Of a stretch of DNA of 64,000 nt, positions 10,929 to 24,800 are shown in pieces. The stretch comes from Oikopleura dioica (taxonomy: Eukaryota; Animalia; Chordata). The notes under the pieces are model-generated. The model saw nothing but the letters and a program-made list of their open reading frames with translations. It was not told where the DNA came from and did no database searches. The stretch's first letter is position 1, and the number at the start of each line of letters is the position of its first letter. Made by a program: the position numbers and the translations under genes. The stretch lies in contig OU015566.1 of assembly GCA_907165135.1 (NCBI GenBank), positions 8,928,001-8,992,000 of the forward strand. The letters are read 5' to 3'.

Positions 10929-13900
10929 ATGCAACTTCTACGATCCTTCCTTCTCCTCGCCGCGGCGCTGACAACTCCTGCTACTGCAGGTTTGATCCGG
11001 ATTCAATAAGAAAATCCGGAGACACAAGCAAAACGAGAAAAAACTATCCTATTTTTCCTTAACAAAAAAAAAAGATCAACGAACTATGTGGGAATGTTTT
11101 CCACGTTTTCTCGGGGACGAGGGCGAATTTGAATATTCGATTCAGTTGATCTGGGCTGAATTCCTTAGACACCGTTGGAGCTTAATTCATTCGTTTAGAT
11201 TGCCCGCCAGATGCCAAGATGGACCTCGTCTTCCTTGTCGACACTTCTTCCAGTATTCGAAAGGTTTCAGTAGTAGAGTAAAGATTATGTTGTTCACCCT
11301 CAAAATCGCTAGAATGGGCCATTCTGAATGGCCATTTAGAGATTGTTGGTATTTATTAAAAGTGAAAGCAACGGTCCAAAAGCCGACTGATCCACGGAGA
11401 CCACGGGTTCGACAAACACCGGAAGCTCAAGCATTAACCTCCATCCCCTTTTTTCTTAGGCCAGGCTTTATTGATGCAACATAAAGAAAAACTTGAACTG
11501 GAAGATTTACATAATACTCCTAGGCTGGACAAAAAGCGATAGAGTCCATCCGCTCGTTTGTATACAAGGTCGTCGATGGTTTCACAATGGGTCCAGATTT
11601 GACTTCGGTAAGTTTTGACGTTCTCACATAAATCAGCTTAGCCGCTAAGCCTAAGTTATTCCAATGAGTAAGAGTTGTTTAGAAGGCGTTTGTAGATAAG
11701 AAGTCTTATTCGCACTTTTGAACAAAAATTCGAGCCCAGTCGAGCTCCTTATCGTTAGGCGCGACTTTTGGATAAACGTAATTGCAGCCCTGTTCGATAA
11801 AGAAGGTTCCATTCAAGCATTTTTCAGGTTGAAAAATTTTTTGATTATCTCCTCTTTTTCTTTTTTGATTGACCATCCTTCTAAAGATTTGGATCTGCCC
11901 GTGCTCATGTAAATTCGCAAAAGCGTGAATGGGGCCTAGCTGATAAGACAAGCTCTTACTACGTTCTGGCAGCGATCGTACTCACCATCAGTGTATTTAG
12001 ATTGCCTCACTCGCTTCCTGACCACTCAACTAAAGCGATTCTTTTTTTCTTTCTTATCAGTTTTTTCAACAGGGTATTTTAAAGGGATGCTATTATTATT
12101 CGATTTGCTATGTAAGATAATTCACAAAGAAAAATAATCAGGCCAAAGGAAAGACTCTCTGGCAGAAAAATCAGTTAAAAATAAGGGTTAACAATGTCTA
12201 ACTCGAGACCGATGACCAGGTTCGTGAGGACTAGGCTCGTGTGACTAGGTTCGTGGGTGCCATGTCGGAAAAAATGCTTCGTGTGACTAGGTTCGTGAAA
12301 TTTGGATTTTTATATGTATTTTTTTGTATCTTCACTATTTTGGGGTAGTAAGGGAAATGAGTTGATGACTAGGTTCGTGAAGACTTAGTTCGTGAAGACT
12401 AGGTTCGTTAGACTATTTTCGTGAAGACTAGGTTCTTGAGACTAGATTCGTGGAATTTGGATTTTTATATGTATTTTTATTTATTTTATTTATATGTTAT
12501 TTTTATACTCATTTGGCAAATATAGTCCCACATTTTTTCATTTCTTAAATTTCACGAACCAAGTCATCAACCCATTTCCCTTACTGCCCCAAAATTTTTT
12601 CTATTTACAATTTCACGAACCTAGTCACACGAACCTAGTCATCAACCCGTTTCCTTTACTGCCCCAAAATTTTTTCTATTTAAAATTTCACGAACCTAGT
12701 CACACGAACCTAGTCATCAACCCATTTCCCTTACTGCCCCAAAATTTTTTCTATTTACAATTTCACGAACCTAGTCACACGAACCTAGTCATCAACCCAT
12801 TTCCCTTACTGCACCAAAAAATAGGCCGATTTCAATACTCTGGCAGAACCCACCACGAACCTAGTCACACGAACCTAGTCCTCGCGAACCTAGTCGTCAT
12901 TCCCTCTAACTCTGGTTTAAAAATGGACGGTTGAGCAGAGTTGCAAATTTGGCTTTATTTTTGCTGAGCTGAGCTGAGCTGCCCTGAGTGAGAAATTCTC
13001 TGAGCTGAGCTGAGCTGAGCTAGCCTATTTCGGAGCTCACTGAGCTGAGCTGAGCTGAGCTGGCCATTTTCAGAGGTCATTGAGCTGAGCTGAGCTGAGC
13101 AGACCTTTTTAAGGTAGTTGAGCTGAGCTGAGCTGAGCAGACCCTAATTAGAGCTGAGCTGAGCTGAGTGAGCTGGGTTGAGCTGTTTTTAATGTTTTTA
13201 GTAGTGAAATTGTGTTAAAATCATTGAGCTGAGCTGAATGATACTTATCTGAGCTGAGCTGAGCTGAGCAGAACAGATCATGTTCGAGAATAATTGAGCT
13301 GAGCTGAGCTGAGCTGAGTGATTATTGTCTGAGCTGAGCTGAGCTGAGCAGATAAATTCATTTTCGAAAATCAGTGAGCTGAGCTGAGCTGAGCGACTGC
13401 TCAGCTCACTCAGCCAGCTCAGCTCACTCAGCTCAGCAAATTTGCAACTCTGCGGTTGAGAGAGAAGTCTCTAAATTGCGCCAAGTGACATTATCATATA
13501 ATATGATTTATGAATATTTATCAGCAGAAACGCGCCAGTCACTTTATCACTCTCTCATGAGCGAAAATTCCGCACAAGTTGGAGAATTTGTATGTTCGAT
13601 TCTCTCATTCCCCCGGTATGCCCTCTTATAAATGAGTGAATCGGGAACTTCGGGGTCGAGTAGTATGATCAGACCGTTTCCGATTTTGAAGTGATCAAAA
13701 TGTAGTGCGGTTGATTTTAAACTCACTCAAGCGGTCGGCACTCATTAATTGGAGGAAGTTTTGCGTTTTTAACAGCCCAAAAAACGTGAGTGCCCGTGTC
13801 AAAGAAGGAGTCAAAGAATTTTTTTCTAAAAGAAGACTCCTCAATTATAAGTTACAATGAATCATGATCCCTTTTTTGGGTTTTCAAAATCCACGCGTTC

Positions 13901-16437
13901 AAAAATGGCAAAATCCTTTTCCACGCTGACCGCTCGATTCCGACGATGTGTTAACAGAGACCACGTGAGTCCTTTGCAGTCAATGATTTTTGTGAATAAT
14001 GGCCAGCAGCTGGCCACTTGGCTGACAGTTTATCTTATCCAACGGTCGGTCATCGTCGTTTTCTAAACGCGGCTGAACATGACGAGGCGGCTAAATTTGA
14101 TTTTCTTATCGTCGTTGGCTCGACAGGTTACTCCATCAGTCACCTTTTTTCTTTTGTAATCAATTTCAAGTTAACTGTTCTTTTCACTTGAAAATCAGAT
14201 GGAGCCGTTGATCTCTAAGATCAAGCTTGTAGCTCATGTTCAAAGGAATCTTATGTCCTCACAACCGCAGAATACGATTCATATATGACCCGAAACCTCT
14301 TGGCGTTTCTCAGTCATTTTTATTCAGGTTTATATTTCTTTTATTCGAATTCAAGGAAATACAGACCCAAAAGAATCTTAAAATGGATGAGTTTCGCAAC
14401 GTGAGCTGCTATGCCCTCAATAAGGTGCTTTTTCGCTGGTCCAAAACAAATTCGACAAATTGAGCCCTTATTTGGTTACGACATCTGGTCCGATTCATCC
14501 TCATCTAAACAAACGATAAATTTTTTAAATGGCAAAAGTGAGCTCTGAATTACATGCGCTTCGAAATGTTATGCGCGGCGCTGGGGTCAGTCGATGCGTA
14601 ACGCGGTAAAATGTATAATTTACGGGTCACATCAAAGCTCTTTCTGGGGATGTCTAAAAGTACATGAAAGGAAATTAAATCTTCATTGATATGTCTTGCA
14701 AAATATGAATCTAGCCTAAAAGTTTCGAAAAAGCAATCTGATCATTTGAGTTCTCAAAAGCCCTCCTGGGTTTTATCAAAAATGAACGATTCCGCGTTCA
14801 AAAGAAACTTATCAGCTATTCCGCCGAGCTAGACAAGAAAGGCATGTGTTCTAAATGGACGTGAAACGTCAAAACGAAGCAAACTCTTATCACTTTTCCG
14901 CTTTTCGAAACTCACTCTCACTCCTTGTCTTGTTACGTTTATCGGCGCTGGAGTTAACGTTTAACCTATAACAATGTTTTCATTTTTAGTTTGGAGCGAT
15001 CTCGTACAACAAAAATCCGCAAATTGAATTTTTCTTGGGAGATCATGACTCGAAGGAGAGCATCAAGACTTCAGTAGATCTGGCATGGATTTTTAAACAC
15101 CATAATACTCATTGTAAAAATATCCCATAATAATATTTCTAAATGAAAAAATTTTGTTCAACTTATCAAAAATTATCCAAAATTGACAGTACCCCTTCAT
15201 TAGTTCAAAAATTGTTTAATAAGTTTTATTTTCTGTCAAATCGAAAATTCTCAAAAAAAGATCGACTTCGAAACCGGAAAAGGAACGGAAACCGGCAAAG
15301 CGATGAACTTTATGGCTGAAATGATCGACATGGGTTTCGGGCAGCGGTAATTTTCTCGAAAAATTGATCAATCATAATCATTAATTATTTAGAAACGACT
15401 CTAAAGTTGTTGCAATTGTGATCACCGACGGACGTTCCAGCGAAAAACACGTGACATTTGAATTCAACTCTGTTTTTTTAAATTTTTGATTTTTAAGGAT
15501 TTTGTTGTTGAAGCGTCGAATAATTTGAAGAAAGTTGTGGACATTGTGATCGCTGTTGGGGTGAACATGAAAAAAGAGGTAAATTATTAGTCACAATTCG
15601 GGAAAAGAGAAATTTTTGATGAACTCTCGTCTCATCGAATTCATTTGAGCAACGCGTTCGCACGTTTAAGAACACGCTTTTTGACAGGCAACTCTTAAAG
15701 CTAGACGAATTTAATTTTCAACTTTTATCCCACCATGTATAGACGAAGCATCTCAAGTCGCAGCGCGCTTAGCTCGATGACTTTACTGTATATTCGTCGT
15801 CTTTGATCTTCATTGTTTTCAGAACGAGCTTTCACGTGAAATCAAAACTATTGCTTCTGAACCTGACGAGCATTACGCTATTGAAGCTGAGAGTTTCGAA
15901 TCTCTTTCCATGGTCCAGGACATTGTCAAGGTAAAACAACATATCTTCATCCCTTTTTCATCATCACTCCTAGAACTGCATCTGCATCGGTATCTCGAAA
16001 CAGCACTGCATGCTCCCCTCAATGTCCGCTGACGATTCTGGCTTCGACATGCGACGCGGGCAATTCTCAACCACCGCTGCCCCTCTCAAAGTTCGAGCTG
16101 GAGGACGAGCAGTCAACCGACGACCAATTGCTGGATCTGAGCCTGCTACAACCTCTTCTCCATTCCACGTCAAAGCTGATTCCTGCTGTGGGCAAATGTA
16201 AGTTCAATCAGCTCGGTTTACGCTTAGAGAGATCTTTTCAGTACCTTCAACTCTGGAATTCAATCCTGCTGCGCCACCCACGGAGACAAACGAGACGAGA
16301 ACAAGTTCCTGATCGATATTGGCAGCAAGTGCCCAGCTGGATCGAGCGAAGTTTGGAATGTTCAAGCTGCAATGAGCATTGATGATATGGACAGCATGCA
16401 TTTTGGTGATTTTGATATTGAAGGAAAGGTTGAATAA
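10929..16437 (+). CDS. Secreted single-VWA-domain protein with Cys-rich C-terminus (matrilin/collagen-VI-type VWA)
   Basis: Signal peptide MQLLRSFLLLAAALTTPATA; VWA motifs MDLVFLVDTSSS (MIDAS DxSxS), GTETGKAM, VAIVITDGRS, IAVGV, IASEPDEHY; C-terminal CCGQITFNSGIQSCC. Exons join in consistent phase; intron 3 is 11608-14989. Confidence 0.85.
12210..12904. mobile_element. Foldback-like element built from a gactaggttcgtga(a) unit, in VWA-gene intron 3
   Basis: Left half carries tandem gactaggttcgtg units and right half their reverse complement cacgaacctagtc; imperfect TIRs of about 50 bp; internal 78-bp tandem repeat at about 12560-12820. Confidence 0.8.
12936..13452. mobile_element. hAT-type MITE filled with (GAGCT)n pentamer blocks
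   Basis: Perfect 16-bp TIRs cagagttgcaaatttg (12936-12951) and caaatttgcaactctg (13437-13452), with an exact 8-bp TSD cggttgag (12928-12935, 13453-13460). CAG terminus plus 8-bp TSD is the hAT signature. Confidence 0.9.
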
Positions 16438-17964
16438 TTATCCAAAAATAACATTCACTAACAACTGAGAATCAATTCAAATATGACGAGGGTTCAATAA
16501 AAATAAGATATTTAACCTACAAAAAGCTTACCCAGAGCCACTTGACTTCGAACCGGAATTCGTCGACTACTCGAAATTGGGATAAATTTAAATGCATTCT
16601 ATCCGCCTGTCAGCAAACTTCCTGATGAAAAAAAAATCACCTGTAAATAACAACTGGCCCCTTCTTGAAAAGAAAACAGCTTATGCAGTCGCTCGCCATT
16701 TCTTCAACAACTCTATCGATAAGATAAAAACAAGAAAAAAATCGAAAATTTAAAAAAAAAAGTTGCTTTTACGCGCACAATACTGTGCCCGCTTTACTGT
16801 GAAAAAAGCATTTTTTCACTCGCGAGACCCTTATCAAAAATAGCCCTTAGATAAACATAAAATAACGCAAGATTAAAATAATATCAATCGGAATTTCAGA
16901 AACAAAACACCAAACAACATTTTGCTCCGCCAAATCCTCTATCAATAATTTCCCGCTAGAATGCCTTTCACGAAATTCTGAGCAATGAACAGAATAATAA
17001 TTATTGTGTAAATACTAACTTTGAGAAAATAACTTTCTTCTTGGCCTTTTTTTGAAACAATCATCGGGCCATATTTCCTTTTAATAAGTGTCTTGCGAGA
17101 GACTGTACATAACTTCAATAAAAAATTATATTAATTTCAACTCTTTGCATCCTTTCCTTGTTAGAAATAAGCATCACTCGAAATGGGCCCTTTAAGATTT
17201 GGAAATATTCACGAAAACTGGCAAGAACAAATGTGAGGAGCATAATTGGTTATCACGGAGTTTTGTGAACAGGTGAAATCTCACTGTGTGTGCGGTGTGA
17301 AAATGCGCCACAGCAAGGAAATGGGATTTCACCCGAAATGCACAGCCCCGCTGCCGCGTTTCCGTGATTCGTTTTTCTAAATTTCTAAATTGATCAAAAA
17401 ATAATAAATCAAAATACAGTTCACCCCAGAGTTCGACTGTGGCTGGGTTTCCGCTTGATTCAACAAAATAAAATAATCCCTGGCATCTTCAAAATCAACG
17501 ACAAGGCAAAATGAGAGTTTTTGCATTACTAAGCAAACCAATAATTGAATAGTAGTTTCGTTTTACGAAAGTGCGAAATTTTATAAGAAAAAAGCAAGTA
17601 AAGCTTTTGAACGGAAGCGAAGAATCAAGAGCTTTGACAGCTTTTGTCATAAACCTTGTCTTCAAGCGGTCGCCTCCGCCCTATTTACAAGATATTCAGA
17701 ATATCCAATGCACAATATCTTGGACTGGCAGTATTTAAATTGATTCTCCGCGGGCGGATGCAAATTCTGCAATTTCTCGAATCTACGCGGGGCTAGGCTG
17801 CTGTCCTTCCAATCCCTTTTCCCGGGAAAGAAGATTTTTTTTAAAGTTTTACTTGATTGAAAAGTTCGATATTTTTCACGTTGCTGGTTATAATGTTCCG
17901 CTAAAACAAAGAAGAGCCAGTAACTTTACATCGGGCGCAATTAACTTCGCTATTTAGCTCATTT

Positions 17965-18726
17965 AGCGAGTGTTAAATGCGCCAAGTGGAGAGCCGCCAA
18001 AGGTCAACTGCACGCACTGAAGTTCTTTCACTTCAATTAAGGAACTCTTCGAGAGACTAGCTCAAGAAATGACTTTGAGAATGAAATTATTTTTTAAAAA
18101 TTAGCGTTCTGATGTCAAAAAGAAACGTGTTTTCGCCAGCGTGCGCGTTTCTAAAGACAGGAGAAATCTCACCTGTGGTCCAACTCTCGTTACACAACTC
18201 AATAAGAAACATCTTCTGGACATATCTTTCATCCCTTTTTCTCGCGCTTTGCCACGTTGATAAAGCCATGAAATTTGAAAGAGCGTTCACAGAAATCGGC
18301 GAAACCGCGCTTCAACCGCGAAGTGACGACTTACAGTCAAATTATGGACTAACAATGGGCATGTACTTGCGTAACTCTTTCCTCCTTACGAATCCGCTCT
18401 ACAGTAATAAAGCTACAGAGTTGCGAAAGTTGTTTATCAAATTACGGGTCGCTAAAAATTGAACTTGTTGGCATTTGCGAACGTCAGGTAGATGATCACC
18501 AATTTGAGCCGTAACATCTATCACGTTTCACACTACGCAGTTGCGTCTAAAGCATACAAAGCTGAGAAGAATCTATCAAAACAAGCTATCGTTCTATGAA
18601 GAGTGTATCCATCAAGGGATGAAAATTGAAAGATTAAACTTTGTGGAAAAATTAAAAAAATATTTTTCTTTACAAAAACTTGACGACGGTAGTTATGGCT
18701 TCGAAAGAAAAATTGAGATCAAATAA
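17965..18726 (+). CDS. Unknown multi-exon gene convergent with neurexin; 5' end unresolved
   Basis: Short 40-50 nt introns (including GC..AG gcatgt...ctacag and GT..AG gtagat...acgcag) join open frames RVLNAPSGEPPK, ELFERLAQE, RSDVKKKRVF, MKFERAFTEIG, VIKLQSCESC, LRLKHTK...KIEIK*. No recognised domain. Confidence 0.4.
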
Positions 18727-18874
18727 TGAAAATTTATTAAACGAGGCTTTATCCTTGTGTGAGTTGGTTTTGATCAAGTGGCGCTGTCTTTGGAGCATTT
18801 CTTCGTTTTTGGCAGCAAGTGTGATTTGAAGCAGAGTTGTGCGATTCGGAATAAATAAGGGAAAAAGCTAATCT

Positions 18875-21800
18875 TTAGACGTAAAATTCAGAGTTCTTTC
18901 CAGGCGGTTGATTTCCTTTTTGAGGTTTTGGCTTTATTCCCGGCACGACGGCTGGGATGTCGTCTTTTGAATGCCTCCTGAACCTGATAGAGTTGCTTTT
19001 CGGTCTTTTTTTTCTTTTCTCTTTACCTGTAGAAGACAAGTCCCGCGACGATTAGGACGAGCAAGACTCCGGCTGCAAAGGCAACTGTGAAAAATGTTGT
19101 TGTTAGAGTAGACGAGTCCGGGTCTTTGGTCATCGTCGCGTTCGAAAATCCAGCAGAGTCGTTCATCGCCAGGCTATAACTCGTGATTTCTTGGACAAGC
19201 GCCGCCGTCGTTGTTGTTGGCGGCTGCGTAGTAGATGTTGGGATTCTAAAACAAAAGTTCAGCTGAAGATAAAATCGATAGAAGTCCTACTTTGGGTCGA
19301 AATTGCTCTCAATTGCAGAGACAGTTACGTCTCCAATTATCCGCGCGGCCTTTGATTCGCCTTTTTGGACGGCTTCGAGGACTTTGAATTTGTTGAAATT
19401 GACCCCGAGGATTTTTCCTTTGAACGGATCCAGGATCACATCATTGTCGGTGAGTCGCCCGCCGATCTGTATTTCGGACTGCGAATTGAAAACAGAGTAT
19501 CTAAGAGCGAATAAATCACATGAATTAAATCTCGTAGAATACTTGTTATTTCCTGACGATGTGACAGCAGGTAGATCATCGACAATCATTGTTGCATTTG
19601 ATTCAACTCTTTTGATTCGTATTTGATGATATTGCCCATCGTCGATTCTCCTGTCAATTGATAATAAAACAGACTTTCTGAAAATATCTTACTTCGGATA
19701 TTTCATGGTCGTTTCTCCGCCACCAATATCATAAACAAACTTAGGCCTTCCATCCTCCTACAATGAAATTAAAGCGAAGAGAAAAGAAATTCTCCAATCT
19801 GACTCTCGATGAAGGTTCACGAGAGGAGATTGAGTGTTTATCACTGTGTGTGCTATAAAAGTGATAGTAATAAGAAATGAAATGAACACTTACAAGCAGC
19901 AGAGCCATGGTGTCAGGTGACTTAGTTAGCATGGATGAGAGAACTCTGACAAAAGCTAGTCACGCTCCTGTCGTGTTAACGACTTCGTAACACGGCACGA
20001 TGGAAATATTTTGTGTTTAAAGTGCGTTAAAGTCCGGTACGTTTCTAAGTAAGTTAAGGATCCCTAGCTCAGGATAGTACCAGAAGGTTGCGAAGTGATA
20101 ACGTGAACGATAAACTGGTCCTCTGCGGTGGTGCCGTCGCGCTGCTCGTTCTTGTAGGGCGAAGGCACGTTCCCGAGTCCTCGAGGCGGAAAGAAACAAG
20201 CCCCGAGGCAGACGAGAAGTTCGCCACGCAAGTTAGACTATCATCTATCGACAATGCTGAACAAAGTGTAAAAATCCGCCTTTTCTTTCATTTTTTCGGC
20301 GTCGCAAAGTAAGCGAAAACAAGCCGAATCTCTTCCATGATTTCAAAATTTTGAAATCACTCTCAAAATTCGTTTTTTCTCGCTCACTCTAAGAGTAGTG
20401 TAGTTTAGTAATATAAATAGGCTGTTTATATCGCGTTGGTTACAACAGAGCTTAAAACAATATTCTTGTTGGAAAACCAGAGCCAGCATTGTCGAGAGCA
20501 AAATCTAAGAGGCTAATTGAGAGGCTAGTTTGGGCATGCGACAGAGTAGAAATATTATTCTCAATATAAAGGATGAGAAAACGATATAGACATAAAGCTA
20601 TATCGTTGTCATAATATTTCGTCAAATCAACACCAGAGGAGGGTGATTGTAACTGTAACCTGTCCTGAACTGTATATTGTTATTGAATATACTCACCGAA
20701 CTGCCTCTGGTGGTGATTTTTGGAATGTTTGTGAATGAGAGGTTACGGGTTAACTGGAGAAGGGGTGAGTTGATGAAGGCGATTTTGCTCGGGAATGCTG
20801 ACTTACGAGAGTGAGCTTGAGGGCGTCGTTAGTGCCACTTGATGCGACAGACAGAATTGTCTGCACGGTCGCCACGGTCCCGGTTTCGTTTTTTGGCGAA
20901 CGGAGTCCGGAGATCGGCTCGTTGTTAGTGACTTGGGCCGTGTCCTTATCGGGCACCTGGATCAGTACAGAGATCAGGTCCGTGGAGAGCGAATCCTCCG
21001 AAGGCAGCGGCACGAGCACGACTGCCCTGGAAAACTCGCCGCGCCCGCCAACCACTAAACATAGAAATCGTGTTTACCTCAGAAGAAAATTCAAAATGAT
21101 AGAATTTTAAATTTTCGTCGAAAGAAATAAAATGGCTGCACTTGGTGCGCGACTGTAGGTAAACTGCGGAGTGATTGATTTGATTTATTCAAGTTACTTT
21201 GTCAAATATGGATGAAAAAATGATGGCGCAAAATGGTCATACAATATTCAACAAAATAATATAAAAAATCAGGAAGATCGCCGGGAACTGCGCTCGCGCG
21301 CTGCCGCCTAAAATTCCGTAGTAATCAGATTTCTATTTTTTCGCGCTTTGGCGGAAGAAATAATATTTTCCCACTTTTAGGTTTGCCCATTTTCGAAAAG
21401 GTTTTCCAGTGAAAAAATATTGATTAATTAAATTTTACTATTTTTGCTTAAAATTTAGCAAAATTTCGTTCGAAATTGCTCATGCGGCGCACTTACTCTC
21501 CGCTCTAAGTTTTGAGTATTCTAAAAATTAACGAAATCGTAAATCGTCACTCGGAAATTTCGAGCTGAAAAAAGCAAGCTGATATTTACGTTTTGTGCAG
21601 GTATCACCAATAAAAGAAGTTCCAGAGCAATCGCATTTGGGCCCATCCCAGCCTTGTCTGCAAAGTCCACCATTTTTGCAGTAAAATGCACTGATCCGTG
21701 TTCGATTTTAGCTTTTAAATAACTTTTGTTTATTCTATCGATATTAGTCTAAATCCAAGCGATGAAATATGCATAGATTCCCTCTTGTAATAATAAAATA

Positions 21801-24800
21801 GACAAGTTGGCGGCTAATCGCGCTCATAATCTCCCATATGTCGTTTTTTGACAAGAGACATATGGCTTCTCTTGAAAAAATCTTATTGTCTTATTGATTA
21901 TTTTCCAGCATTCGAGCACTTCCTGCATGCGACCAGTGGCCCGCTGCATCCTTTTTCAATCTGTCGCGCTCGTCGTTCAAGGAACATCGTGTTCCCGTTG
22001 AGTTTTATTTTACCGACGCAGCCGAGGAAACCTTCTGTTGACGTTACAGGTGAGCCCGTGGTTCCCCAGAGGTATTTTGGCAGTCCACCGACGAGGACCG
22101 CACTGTTATCCAGAAAGCCTTCCCATTTTCCTTTTGGCCCAATGTTACGTAAAGGCAATTGCTCGGCTTGGCTGCGTCCTGGTAACTCGGTTAATTTTCG
22201 CCTGTATATACAGACAAACCCAAATGCATTAATAATTGGCTCGCTTTTAAGAACGAGTCTACTGTGCTAGTGAAACTTGTTAAAAATTGACCGTTCCTTT
22301 ATCAATATTGATATCCCACGCTGAAGAGCGGTCCCCAACAGAGCCTTCTAGATCAAAGTTCAAAAATTTGAAAATCAATGAAGGATTTCAGTTTGAAATC
22401 AAGGAAAAAACATTTTTGAACTTTTCCTGTTACGTCTATTTGAATCGAGTGCCACTCGTTGTCGCTTATGACTTTATTCGAAGTCATCACTTGCGGCGCT
22501 CTTCTTTTTAATTTCCAGATCCAATGAACTCTTCCATTCACGATTTCCAGGACGGCCCAGCTAACATTCGGGTCTTTTGCTGTCAAAAGGTTCAGCAAAT
22601 TAGGAGCGGACAGTGTCCAAATAGCCATGTTGCTAGAGAATCTGACTATGCGCGCGAATGTTGTATTCTGCAGTAAATATGCAGAGGATGTATAAATGCG
22701 CGACCTTTGCCTTTCTTATTGATCTGGTCGAGGATGAGCGTTCGTTCATCCTTATCAATAATTTAGCAAACTAAAATATATGTTGCATCAATACCTGATT
22801 AACAAGATCAGCTGGCCCCGCCCAAAATATTAATCCGTCTTCTTCTGTCGTTCTAAACAACAATCATTGTCTGTAAGAGAAATGACTTTTTTCGCGTCTG
22901 TACCTGAGCTCAATCTGGACTTGATATTTCCGCGAGCTTTTCCAAAGAATATCTGCGCGAATTTTGCTGTCAGTTCGTTGAAACGCTTCACGAGTCAGAA
23001 ACGTAAACGGATTTGACGGATTCGGCATCTTTGAAGGACCAACAAATGTAAGCAAGAATAAATATTTATTTGAATATGTCGGATTCCGGTCTTAAATAAT
23101 ACTAAATTTCTATTAGGCGACCGCATTTCGAGCATTCAATAATTGAATCAAGGAAAATCATTTATAATGAATCAAAACATCGCTCAAGAGCTGAAACAGC
23201 TCTGACAAGATGAGCTGAAAACATGGCGAAGTCCTTCTAGACTAACAACAGGCTTGTAGTGATTGGGGTAGTCTTTCACGTGGTCCGGAATTTTTAAAAT
23301 AGCCAGATTTGGTGAGAGGGATGACCAGGTTCGTGAGGACTAGGTTCGTGGGAGCCATGTTGGAAAAAATGGTTCGTTGGACTAGGTTCGTGGAATTCGG
23401 TTTTTATATGTATTTTTTGTATCTTCACCATTTTCGGTCAGTAAAGGAAATGGGTTGTTGACTAGGTTCGAGGGACAAGGTTCGTGACTTTTTTAATAGT
23501 AAAGATTTTTGGTAAGTAAAGGAAATGGCTTGCTGACTAGGCTCATGAGACTAGGTTCGTGAAGACTAGGTTCGTGAAGACTAGGTTCGTGAAGACTAGG
23601 TTCGTGAAGACTAGGTTCGTGAAGACTAGGTTCGTGGAATTTTACTCATTTGGGATATAAAATCCCACATTTTGCTTATTCAAAACCCACGAACCTAGTC
23701 CCACGAACTCTTTCCTTGTTAAATATTTACCATTAAAAAAGTCACGAACTTCGTCCCACGAACCAAGTCAACAACCCATTTCCTTTACTGACCGAAAATC
23801 TTTACTATTTAAAAACTCACGAACCTAGTCCCACGAACCTAGTCAGCAACCCATTTCCATAACTGCCCCAAAATAAAGCCCCATTTCAATACTCTGGCAG
23901 AACCTACCACGAACCTTGTCCCACGAACCTAGTCCTCACGAACCTTGTCGTCATTCCCGATTTTGTTTGAATTGAGCTTGTTTGAATTAAGTTTAGGAAA
24001 ATATTTGTCCATAAGGTTTCTAAGACATATCTTATATTGAAGAAAATAGCTTCATCAGTTGATCCATTCCTGAGTATTGATCTTTGGCCGGTTAGGCATC
24101 GAACAAGTAAAACCGTCCGGTAGCGACTTTTGTTGATCTTGCGCCGCTCGGCATTGTTCGATTAGTTCGTTTCCGTTGAATTTTAGCTTTTGGATCGTCC
24201 CATTAAATTGTGGCTTGGATTTGCCGGCTCCGATGACAAAGTTTTGAAGCTTCATCTTCTCCACCATCGTTGAGACCTCAACCTTGCTATCGCAGTTGGG
24301 CACCTTTTGGTCGTTGCTTGTCCGCAATTCAAGAGTGGCCACTCTTTTGTCACGCCTAGCGAAAGTCTCCATATGATTATTTCAACGCGCCCTAAGTACA
24401 TCCTTCTAATAAGCCGTGGCTTCGAGGGGCCTCATTTGTCAATCGGGCATATTATTTCAAACCCCGATTAACTGTTTAGATACAGTACTGATCGAATAAA
24501 CACCGAAGTATGAATATCGAGTGACATTTAAATGCCGAGTGAGACAAGCAAAAAACAGACATTCTTACTCAACCAAAATTGAGGTTTACAAATAAGGCAT
24601 TATAAATTGCATACATAAAAGGTTGGTGGAGACTTTTTCCTGATCATAATGGTCCGCCACTGGCCATCGTCCAAGTCCCTGCCGCACTCGATCGTTTTGG
24701 CGGCACCATCCATTCTGATCTCGAGTCGGAGACGGCCGTTGATAATTTCTTAGTGAATAATAAATTACATAAGATCAAAATTATCAATTTTCCAACCGCG

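Noticed and set aside
12494-12934. 146-aa ORF with 26-aa repeats (HEPSHTNLVINPFPLLPQNFF)
   Set aside because: It is the translation of the 78-bp tandem repeat inside the foldback element, within an intron.
12960-13440. Repeat-spacer appearance suggesting a CRISPR array
   Set aside because: Repeats are variable-length pentamer runs inside a TIR/TSD-bounded MITE in a eukaryotic intron; no cas genes.
20300-20340. Short minus-strand ORF MEEIRLVFAYFATPKK upstream of LNS6 exon B1 as a possible beta-neurexin leader
   Set aside because: Poor signal peptide and no phase-1 donor to join exon B1.
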